Source of the DNA: Candidatus Eiseniibacteriota bacterium
Lineage (GTDB): Bacteria; Eisenbacteria; RBG-16-71-46
Assembly (NCBI GenBank): GCA_031364845.1
Contig: JANLWX010000182.1
Span: 1 to 24,115, forward strand
DNA length: 24,115 nucleotides
Direction of reading: 5' to 3'
The position numbers were made by a program, and so were the translations under genes. This document shows, in pieces, positions 7,652 through 15,466 of this stretch; positions within the stretch are counted from its first letter, which is position 1, and each line of letters opens with the position of its first letter. Under the pieces are notes generated by a model. The model ran no database searches and was not told where the DNA came from. It worked only from the letters and a program-made list of their open reading frames with translations.

Positions 7652-9598
7652 ATGAGGATGCCGGGCCGCAAGTGTCTCGCCGTGTTGGTGGCGTTGTTCG
7701 TGGTTCCGGTGGTCTCGCATGCGGCGACACCCGCGCGTGCCCCCGCGAAGGCTCCTGCGGCCGCGAAAGCGCCGACCCGTGCGGTGGCGCTGCGCGCGAT
7801 CGCGATCGCCGAGGATGAGCGGCGCTGGAGTGACGGCGAGCTCGAACGCTTCATGGGTCAGGCCGATGCGATCGTGCGCCAGCGCGCGGTGCTCGCGGCC
7901 GGGCGCCTGCAGGATTCGACTTCGGTGGCGGCCGTGACGCGGCGCGTCGCCGACGCAGTCCCCGCGGTGCGCGAAGAGGCGGTGTTCGCGCTCGGACAGA
8001 TCGGCCACCGTTCCGCGCGCGCGGCGCTCGAACCGCTGCTCGTCCCGCGCACGCCCCTCGCGCTGCGCGTCCTCGCGGTGGAGGCGCTCGGCAAACTCGG
8101 CGACAAGGCCGCCACGCCGAAAATCACCGCCGCGCTGGGCGAACCGGAAGCAGCACTCCGCGCCGAGGCCGCGATGGCTTTGTGGCGCCTCGCCGACTCG
8201 ACCGCGATCGACTCGCTGCTCCGCCATCACGCCGACCCCGATCGTGAAGTGCGCTGGCGCGTCCAGTACGCGCTCGAGAAGATCGTGGCGCCCGACCGGA
8301 TCGTGCCTGCCGTGTCGCTCCACATCGACGATCCGGAGTGGCTCGTGCGCGCCTACGCCGCCCGCACGCTCGGCCGCCAGAAGTCGGCCCGGGCGACGCC
8401 CTACCTGCTGCACATGCTCGCCGACCGTACGAGTGCCGTGGTCGTGAACGCGCTGCGCGCGCTCCAGTCCGTCGCGGATACGACCTGCACCGCATGCCTG
8501 CCCGACATCGCCCAGGCGCTCGGTCATGCGGATCCCTACGTGCGCGTGACCGCGGCGACCGCGCTCGCCGACCGCTTCGCATGGGTCGCCTCGGACTCGG
8601 CGCTTCAGGGTGCCGTCACCGACTCACTCGCCGGGAGGCTCGCGGATCCCGACGCCGCGACCCGCGGTGCTGCCGCGCGCGCGCTGATCGCGCGCACCGG
8701 CGTGAGCGCCGTGACCGCCGTGGAGCCGCTGCTCGGGGATCGGTCGGTCTACACGCGCGGCGCCGTATTGCAGGCGCTCGCGACCCTGCCCGCCGGACGC
8801 GCAGTACCGCTGATCACGCCGCGCACCGAAGCGTGGCGGCCGCTGTTCGAACGCATGACCGCCGCCGAAGCGCTCGGAACGCTGCACGCGCGCGAGGCGC
8901 TGCCGCTGCTGCGGGCCGGTCTCGCCGACACTTCGGTGCTCTATGCCGCCTCGGCCGCTGCCGCCCTCGCCGAACTCGGTGACAGCGCGAGTGTGGCCCT
9001 GCTCACGCGCACCTACGCCGAGCGCGCCGGTGATGCCGACACCGACGCGCGGATCGCGATCCGCGACGCGCTGCGCCAGCTCGCGGGCGCGCCGTTCGCC
9101 GACAGCCTCGAGCGCGCACACGCGAAACCCGCCGCGCGCGCGGCCTACGCCGCCGACTTCCAGCAGCCCTCGGCAGTGAAGGGGGCGATCCTCCACACGA
9201 CGCGCGGCGAGATCGAGTGGGCGTTCTATCGTGAGGACGCGGTACAGACGGTGAAGAACTTCGTGCGCCTCGCCGAGCGCGGCTACTTCAACGGCCTCGC
9301 GGTGCATCGCGTCGTGCCGAACTTCGTGATCCAGGACGGCGACCCGACCGGAACCGGATCGGGCGGCCCCGGCTACTCCATCCGCTGCGAATACAATCAG
9401 CGGCGCTATGAAGCGGGGATGGTGGGCATGGCGCTGTCGGGCAAGGACACCGGCGGCAGCCAGTGGTTCATCACGCACTCGCCGCAACTTCATTTGAACG
9501 GCCGCTACACGATCTTCGCCCACGTCACGCGCGGGATGGACATCGTGCAGAGCATCGTTCAGGGCGACCAGGTGCTGCGCGTCACGCTCGTGAAGTAG
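7652..9598 (+). CDS. Exported HEAT-repeat protein fused to a C-terminal cyclophilin-type PPIase, 648 aa (alternative ATG at 7658)
   Basis: Signal peptide; repeated HEAT motifs (VREEAVFALGQIG, VRWRVQYALEKI, VRAYAARTLGR, DPYVRVTAATAL); cyclophilin motifs HRVVPNFVIQDGDPTGTGSGGPGY, GMALSGKDTGGSQWFITHSPQLHLNGRYTIFA; GAGGAG immediately after the C25 stop. Confidence 0.9.
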   Translation: MRMPGRKCLAVLVALFVVPVVSHAATPARAPAKAPAAAKAPTRAVALRAIAIAEDERRWSDGELERFMGQADAIVRQRAVLAAGRLQDSTSVAAVTRRVADAVPAVREEAVFALGQIGHRSARAALEPLLVPRTPLALRVLAVEALGKLGDKAATPKITAALGEPEAALRAEAAMALWRLADSTAIDSLLRHHADPDREVRWRVQYALEKIVAPDRIVPAVSLHIDDPEWLVRAYAARTLGRQKSARATPYLLHMLADRTSAVVVNALRALQSVADTTCTACLPDIAQALGHADPYVRVTAATALADRFAWVASDSALQGAVTDSLAGRLADPDAATRGAAARALIARTGVSAVTAVEPLLGDRSVYTRGAVLQALATLPAGRAVPLITPRTEAWRPLFERMTAAEALGTLHAREALPLLRAGLADTSVLYAASAAAALAELGDSASVALLTRTYAERAGDADTDARIAIRDALRQLAGAPFADSLERAHAKPAARAAYAADFQQPSAVKGAILHTTRGEIEWAFYREDAVQTVKNFVRLAERGYFNGLAVHRVVPNFVIQDGDPTGTGSGGPGYSIRCEYNQRRYEAGMVGMALSGKDTGGSQWFITHSPQLHLNGRYTIFAHVTRGMDIVQSIVQGDQVLRVTLVK

Positions 9599-9648
9599 CT
9601 ATCTCAATCGATAGAGAAGCAGGACGACGGCCGGCACCTCGATCCGCT

Positions 9649-11526
9649 TCACGGCTTGCTTCCGCCGGTTTCCGACGACGAGTCGCGCGCGGCGATTATG
9701 GCGAGGCGCTCGGTGACGAGGCGCATCTTGGGCGCGATGGCCTGCGCCTCGAGCAGCAGCGCGCGCGCCTCGGCGAAGCGCGCCTCGATCATCGCCACGT
9801 TCGCGAGCAGGCTCGCCGCGTGAGCGTGGTGAGGAGAGCTCGCGCGCGCTCTCTCGAGTTCGGCCCGGGTCTCTTTGCGGAGTGCGGAGTCCTGCTCGCA
9901 CGCGCGGCCCAGTGCTCCGAGTTTCGCCGTGCCCGCGGGCAGCACGCGATACCCGAACGAGTCCGCGACCGTCCGGTTCACGCCTGCGCGCCGCACGTAG
10001 AGTGCCGCCGCGTCGTCCATGAACACCCGGGCGAACGACGTGTCGTCATCGGCGAAGTCGAGCGCGCTGTCACCGGCGGCCTGCGTGCGGCGCAACAACA
10101 GCCAGTCGAAGTGATGAGTGTCGTCGAGTGCGCGCCACGCGCCGCGATGGAAGAACGCGGCGTGATAGGCCGCGCGGATCTCGGGTGTGCCGGCTTGATG
10201 CACATCAATGAACGGCAGCCGGTCGCGCTCGGCGTGGAATCTCCACAGCATCCATCCGCCATGATAGAAGTAGTTGAAGCTGCGTCCGCGCACGCCGTGG
10301 GCTTCGATGAAGTCTGAGGCCACGACCGGAAACGAACGCACGTCGAGGCCGAAACCGGGCCGCGGTTCGGGGCGCGTCCATTCGGGGAGGCAGAGCGCGA
10401 TGCACGCAAGGGCGGCTGTCGCGGCGCGCATCCATCCGAGCGGGGCGCTGCCGCGCCCGCGCCACCACGCGGCGAGGTCGCGCGCCATGAACGGGGCGGC
10501 AGCGAGCACGAGGAATCCCATGAAACGCTGAGAGGCGAGGCCGGCCGCGGTGAACATCGCGCACAGCATCAGTTCGACGGGATCGAGCTTTCCGCGCACG
10601 GCACGCACGAGGGCCAGCAGCGGCCATCCGATCACGAACAGCGGCAGTCCGTTGCGCAGGTTCTCCGACCAGTCCACCGGACGCAGTTCGTCGATGGAGC
10701 GCAGCAACGGCTCGTTTCTGTGGTGGAGGAAGAAGTCGAACGGTTGCAACACGAGGGCGGCACCGTAGGGATTCACGAACGCGATCGCGGCCGCGGCGGC
10801 GAGTAATGTGAGCAGGCGCGCGCGCCCGAGCGATGCGAGCCACGTGCCGCTCGCGGGTGCGGTCACTGCGCGCGGCCCGCGCGCCAGCAGGTCGCCGAGC
10901 GCATAAATCCCCATCACCGCGAATCCGAACACGAACGAGATGTGAGCCTGCGTCCACACCCACAGCAGCGGAATGAGCCACAGGCTGTGGTCGCGAGCGG
11001 CGCTTTCGGCCGCATCCTTGCCGCCGATTCGGTTTCGGCGGGATTCGAGGATCCACAACTCGAGCGCGAGCAGGATCGCGACCAGCGTCTCCGGGCGCGC
11101 CATCGAGCGCTGGCGCCACACGAGTGCCGCCAGCACCAGCATCACGATCGAAGTCATGCCGCCCGCACCCATGCGTCGTGCGACCGTCCACAACACCGCG
11201 AACGCCGCCAGCGTCGTGAGCCAGCGCCACACGAACAGGCCGGTGACGCCGCCCACGCTCCAGAACGGATAGAGCAGCACGCGAAACGCCCACGAGTGCA
11301 TGACGTCCGGCGCTCCGTAAGTGGGCCAGGTCCAGATCTGCGTGTGCGGCAGTTGGTGCGACTCCCACACCTGACGCCCGGCGGCCAGGTGCTGCCACAG
11401 ATCGGGATCGTAGATCGGGAACGTCACCGAGGTTGCAACGCACAACACCGCAACCGCGGCGAGCAGCAGCCATGGACCTCGCGATGCGTGTTGCGGCGCC
11501 GCGGGCGCGGATGATGAGCGCTTCAA
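9649..11526 (-). CDS. Multi-pass membrane protein, GT-C-like putative glycosyltransferase with C-terminal TPR-like helices, 625 aa
   Basis: TTG start overlapping the upstream TGA (TTGA); first TM followed by YDPDLWQHLAAG acidic loop motif; many hydrophobic segments, RPE motif, VNPYG; soluble C-terminal region ending in a TPR-like pair (AASLLANVAMIEARFAEARALLLEAQAIAP). Function is inferred. Confidence 0.7.
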   Translation of the reverse strand: MKRSSSAPAAPQHASRGPWLLLAAVAVLCVATSVTFPIYDPDLWQHLAAGRQVWESHQLPHTQIWTWPTYGAPDVMHSWAFRVLLYPFWSVGGVTGLFVWRWLTTLAAFAVLWTVARRMGAGGMTSIVMLVLAALVWRQRSMARPETLVAILLALELWILESRRNRIGGKDAAESAARDHSLWLIPLLWVWTQAHISFVFGFAVMGIYALGDLLARGPRAVTAPASGTWLASLGRARLLTLLAAAAAIAFVNPYGAALVLQPFDFFLHHRNEPLLRSIDELRPVDWSENLRNGLPLFVIGWPLLALVRAVRGKLDPVELMLCAMFTAAGLASQRFMGFLVLAAAPFMARDLAAWWRGRGSAPLGWMRAATAALACIALCLPEWTRPEPRPGFGLDVRSFPVVASDFIEAHGVRGRSFNYFYHGGWMLWRFHAERDRLPFIDVHQAGTPEIRAAYHAAFFHRGAWRALDDTHHFDWLLLRRTQAAGDSALDFADDDTSFARVFMDDAAALYVRRAGVNRTVADSFGYRVLPAGTAKLGALGRACEQDSALRKETRAELERARASSPHHAHAASLLANVAMIEARFAEARALLLEAQAIAPKMRLVTERLAIIAARDSSSETGGSKP

Positions 11527-12428
11527 TGCCGCTCCGGATCGTACGGGACGCCGACCGAGCGCGGCGGCACCGCGCGTCCGATCAGGCCCGCGAGTGCGAG
11601 CATCGTGACGAGATACGGAAGCATCTGCAGCAACTCACTCGGAAAGCGCAAGCCCTGCAAGGTGATCTGGAGCGCCTCGGCCGCGCCGAACAGCAGGCAC
11701 GCAGCCGCGGCCCCCGCGGGCGACCACTTGCCGACGATCATCGCCGCAAGCGCGATGTATCCGCGCCCGCCGGTCATGCCGTCGGTGAACGAGTGCTGCT
11801 CGCTCGCGAGCCACGCTCCCGCGAGTCCGGCGAGCGCTCCCGAAATCAGCACGCCGAGCGTGCGATAGCTTCCGACCGAGAGTCCGAGCGTGGCCGCCGC
11901 TTCCGGACGTTCGCCGATCGATCGCAGCCGCAGCCCGAACACCGAGCGGAACATCAGCCATTGCCCGCCGAGCGTGAGCGCGATCGCGATCAACACCAGG
12001 GGGGCGGCGAGCACCGGGCCCAGCGCGGGCACGCGATCGAGTCCGAACAGGCTCACGAGTTCGAGTCCGGGCACGCGGCTCGAGTTGGACGACGAATGGA
12101 ACACCGCGACCAGCACGTACTTGGTGAGTCCCATTGCGAGCAGGTTCACGCCGAGGCCGCTCGTGATCTGGTCGGCCCTGAAATAGACCGTCACCAGCGC
12201 ATGAAGTGCGGCGGTCGCGACACCGGCGATCAACGAAGCCGCCACACCGGCCCACGGGTTGCCGGTCGCGTGCGCCCCGAGCGTGTAGGCGAGCGCTCCG
12301 TTCAGCATCATGCCTTCGAGCGCGATGTTGATGACGCCGCCGCGCTCGCTGAAGCTGGCGCCCGCCGCCGCGAGCGCGTAGGGCACGCTGATGCGCAGCG
12401 TCGCCGCGAAGAACAGCAGCAGTTCCAT
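11523..12428 (-). CDS. Nucleoside/simple-sugar ABC transporter permease (NupC/YufQ-like), 301 aa
   Basis: MELLLFFAATLR...SERGGVINIALEGMML...GLRLRSIGERPEAAATLG...GRGYIALAAMIVGKW...LPY; start overlaps the upstream stop. Confidence 0.9.
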   Translation of the reverse strand: MELLLFFAATLRISVPYALAAAGASFSERGGVINIALEGMMLNGALAYTLGAHATGNPWAGVAASLIAGVATAALHALVTVYFRADQITSGLGVNLLAMGLTKYVLVAVFHSSSNSSRVPGLELVSLFGLDRVPALGPVLAAPLVLIAIALTLGGQWLMFRSVFGLRLRSIGERPEAAATLGLSVGSYRTLGVLISGALAGLAGAWLASEQHSFTDGMTGGRGYIALAAMIVGKWSPAGAAAACLLFGAAEALQITLQGLRFPSELLQMLPYLVTMLALAGLIGRAVPPRSVGVPYDPERH

Positions 12429-13474
12429 CACCGCAGCCCCCGCGCCAGCCGTTCCATCACCTGCTGAACCGCGATCGCGAACAGGATCACGAGGGCGGTG
12501 AGCATCTCGACCAGCTCCTTCGGCACGCGCTGATTGATCACGAGTCCGCCGTAGGAGAGCGCGCCGAAGAACAGTGCGGCCACGATCACGCCGATCGGAT
12601 GATTGCGACCGATGAGCGCGACCGCGATCCCTAAGAAGCCGGCTCCCGCGGAAAATCCAAGTTCGAAGAAGTGCTTGTAGCCGAGTACGAAGTTCACACC
12701 GCCGAGGCCGGCGAGGGCACCCGAGATCGCGAGCGTCACGGTCTGAGTGCGGCCGATCGCGATGCCGCCGTACTCCGCCGCGGTCGGATTGAACCCGACC
12801 GCGCGGATCGCGTAGCCGAGCCGCGTGCGGAACATCAGGACTCCGACCGCGAGTGCGAGCAGCACCGCCAGGATCAGCGACACGTTCGCCGGTGATCCGC
12901 GCAACGCGGGCAGCCACGCATCGAAGCGCGGGATCTGCGCCGCCGCCGGAATCATTGCCGTGCGCACGGTTGCCGTCTCGAACACGCGCCGCCCCACGAA
13001 CGCGACCAGCGAGAACGCGATGAAGTTCATCATGATCGTGTTGATGACTTCGTGCGCGCCGAAGCGCGCCTTGAGCACCCCCGGAATCGCGCCCCACACC
13101 GCACCCGCGAGTGCCGCAGCCACGAGTGCGCCGAGCACCGGAACCGGCGCCGGTGTGTTCGCGAGTGCGAGTGCCGCGAGTGCGGCCGCGAAGCCCCCCA
13201 GATAGAGCTGGCCCTCGACGCCGATGTTGAACAGCCCGCCGCGGAATCCGATCGCGACCGCGAGCCCCGTGAAGATGAGCGGCGTCGCCTTGAACAACGT
13301 CTGGCCGATGCCATAGCCGGTGCCGAAGCACTGGCTGAAGATCAGCCCGTAAATCGCGAACGGATTCTCGCCCGCCGCGAGGATGAACGCCCCGCCCGCC
13401 GCGAGCGCCAGCGCCACCGCGACGATCGGCGCGGAGAATTCGAGCGCCGCCGCGAGGCGCGGACGCGCGCTCAA
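12428..13474 (-). CDS. Nucleoside/simple-sugar ABC transporter permease (NupB/YufP-like), about 348 aa
   Basis: ATPLIFTGLAVAIGFRGGLFNIGVEGQ, HEVINTIMMNFIA, GYAIRAVGFNPTAAEYGGI, GFLGIAVALIGRNHPIG; probable TTG start at 13474 overlapping the ATPase TGA (TTGA). Confidence 0.9.
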   Translation of the reverse strand: MSARPRLAAALEFSAPIVAVALALAAGGAFILAAGENPFAIYGLIFSQCFGTGYGIGQTLFKATPLIFTGLAVAIGFRGGLFNIGVEGQLYLGGFAAALAALALANTPAPVPVLGALVAAALAGAVWGAIPGVLKARFGAHEVINTIMMNFIAFSLVAFVGRRVFETATVRTAMIPAAAQIPRFDAWLPALRGSPANVSLILAVLLALAVGVLMFRTRLGYAIRAVGFNPTAAEYGGIAIGRTQTVTLAISGALAGLGGVNFVLGYKHFFELGFSAGAGFLGIAVALIGRNHPIGVIVAALFFGALSYGGLVINQRVPKELVEMLTALVILFAIAVQQVMERLARGLR

Positions 13475-14994
13475 GCCGGCGTTCCGGTGCGGGTGCCGGT
13501 CATGTGGCATCCGAGTTCGCGCTCGTCGGTGGCGCGCGGTGTGGTTTCGAACACGATGCGCCCGTCGAACATCACGAGCACGCGATCGGAGAGTGCCAGG
13601 ATCTCCGACAACTCCGAGGACACGAGCAGCACCGCGCGCCCGGAGTTGCGCGCCGCGATCAGCCGGCGATGGATGAACGCCGTCGCTCCGAGATCGACGC
13701 CGCGCGTCGGATGAGCGACCAGCATGACGCCGGCCTCGCGAGTGAGTTCGCGCGCCATCACCAGTTTCTGCTGATTGCCGCCCGACAAAGCTCCCGCGTG
13801 CGCGCGCGGATCCGCCGGGCGCACGTCATAAGCTTCGAGCATCGGTTTCGCGCGGCGCGCGAGTGCTGCCGGGTCGAGGCCCGGTCCGCGGCCGAGCGAT
13901 GGATCACGTTCGAGCCCGAGGATCAGATTCTCCGCGAGCGTCATCGGCTCGATCATCGCGCGCCGATGCCGGTCCGCCGGCACGTGCGCGATGCCGGCTT
14001 TGAACCGCGCCCGCGCGCCGCGCGGCGCATCGCGGCCGTCGATCCGCACCGTGCCCGCATGCGACGGGATCAGCCCGGCGAGGCACTCGATCAACTCGTG
14101 CTGTCCATTGCCTTCGACCCCCGCGATCCCGACGATCTCGCCGCCGCGCGCGACGAACGATACCCCGCACACCGCCGGCAAACCGCGCGCGTCGGTTACG
14201 TGCAGCTCGCGAACCTCGAGCCGGACACCCTCGACGCCCGGAGTGCGCTCCACCACGAACGGAGGTGTCGGCCGTCCGACCATCAACTCCGCGATCGCCT
14301 CGTTCGTGAGCTCCGTGAGCGCTCCGCCGCCCACGACACGGCCGGCGCGCATGACCGTCACCCGATCCGCGATCGCGCGCACTTCGGCGAGCTTGTGCGT
14401 GATGAGCACGATCCCGGTGCCCTGTGCGGCCAGCGCGCGCAGCACGCGGAACAGATCGTCGACCTCCTGCGGCGCCAGCACCGCCGTCGGCTCGTCGAGG
14501 ATCAGCACGCGCGCGCCATGATGGAGCGACTTGAGAATTTCGACGCGCTGCTGCGCTCCGACCGACAGTGTGCTGACGCAGGCGCGCGGATCGACCGCAA
14601 GTCCATAGCGCTTCGACAACTCCTCGACCGCGCTTTCGGCGGCACGCCTGCGATAGGCGCCGAACGCCGCCGCCGGTTCGTGCCCGAGTGTGAGGTTCTC
14701 GGCGACCGTCATCGTCTCGACCAGCATGAAGTGCTGGTGGACCATGCCGAGCCCCAACCGGATCGCATCCGCCGGCCGCGCGATGCGCGCGATCTTCCCG
14801 TCGACCTCGATGTGCCCCGCGTGCGGCGGCAGGATCCCATAGAGCACGCGCATTGCCGTCGTCTTGCCGGCGCCGTTCTCGCCGACCAGCGCATGAATCT
14901 CGCCCGGAGCGATCTCGAACGTGACGTCTTCATTCGCCACCACGCTGCCGAAGCGGCGGGTGACATTGCGGAGCGCGACCATCGGGGCGGACAT
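13471..14994 (-). CDS. Nucleoside/simple-sugar ABC transporter ATP-binding protein with tandem NBDs (NupA/YufO-like), 507 aa
   Basis: Walker A GENGAGKT, MVHQHFML, LSVGAQQRVEI, ILDEPT, second domain GIAGVEGNGQ, LSGGNQQK, PTRGVD. Confidence 0.95.
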   Translation of the reverse strand: MSAPMVALRNVTRRFGSVVANEDVTFEIAPGEIHALVGENGAGKTTAMRVLYGILPPHAGHIEVDGKIARIARPADAIRLGLGMVHQHFMLVETMTVAENLTLGHEPAAAFGAYRRRAAESAVEELSKRYGLAVDPRACVSTLSVGAQQRVEILKSLHHGARVLILDEPTAVLAPQEVDDLFRVLRALAAQGTGIVLITHKLAEVRAIADRVTVMRAGRVVGGGALTELTNEAIAELMVGRPTPPFVVERTPGVEGVRLEVRELHVTDARGLPAVCGVSFVARGGEIVGIAGVEGNGQHELIECLAGLIPSHAGTVRIDGRDAPRGARARFKAGIAHVPADRHRRAMIEPMTLAENLILGLERDPSLGRGPGLDPAALARRAKPMLEAYDVRPADPRAHAGALSGGNQQKLVMARELTREAGVMLVAHPTRGVDLGATAFIHRRLIAARNSGRAVLLVSSELSEILALSDRVLVMFDGRIVFETTPRATDERELGCHMTGTRTGTPA

Positions 14995-15001
14995 GCGCGC
15001 G

Positions 15002-15031
15002 AGGGTAGGCGAGCGGCGGATGCGGCGCCAA
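15002..15031 (-). promoter_or_regulatory. Sigma70-type promoter TTGGCG-N18-TACCCT; leaderless ABC operon transcript
   Basis: Minus strand TTGGCG (15031-15026), TACCCT (15007-15002), ATG 7 nt downstream at 14994; no SD. Confidence 0.5.
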
Positions 15032-15055
15032 TGGCGGGGGCCGGTGGCGGGTGAG

Positions 15056-15167
15056 CCTTGGTCCTGCGGACCGAAGGGCGACTGTCCGCGGGGACAGTCG
15101 AGAATCTTGCCGACCTGGCGTGTCCGCGAGGACGCACGTGAGCAACTGTCTTCGGGGACAGCGTGCG
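15056..15167. repeat. Array of four GTC(C/T)-N3-4-GGAC hairpins arranged as two tandem two-hairpin units of about 63 nt
   Basis: A cttggtcc-tgc-ggaccgaag (15057-15076); B cgactgtcc-gcgg-ggacagtcg (15079-15100, perfect 9 bp); C cgtgtcc-gcga-ggacgcacg (15119-15138); D ctgtc-ttcggg-gacag (15146-15161). Confidence 0.8.
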
Positions 15168-15466
15168 GTAATTCGGTCGAGCATGGAGCTCGGGGCGAGG
15201 CGAGAAGTTGAGGTCGGTCATTCGAATTTGCTTGACGCCTTCCAGTGCGAATTCTTCTCCAGCCCGCCGCTGCCTTTCATTGCGCGTGATAAAGCGCTCG
15301 GCAAGCCCCCCCACGAGTTCATTCCGAGATGACGCGAAAATTCTCGTGACGCGCCCCGCAACGCAGACACCGCCGACCACAGAGCGTCGAAAACCCATGC
15401 GTTAGAATCAACGCCTCATTCATCGCCCCCGCGACCGGATGTTTTGCGTGCTTGCGCGGAGGAGCC

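Noticed and set aside
9599..9620. Possible terminator between the convergent cyclophilin and membrane protein genes
   Set aside because: Only a 5-bp stem (ctatc/gatag) with no U-tract.
12429..13331. N-terminal extensions in the ORF track (11523..13331, 16616..18181, 132..2108, 19010..21478)
   Set aside because: They overlap other real genes in a different frame; downstream starts with SD or stop/start overlap fit family lengths.
15056..15167. CRISPR array
   Set aside because: Repeats are not identical, spacing is irregular, intervening segments are too short, and there are no cas genes.
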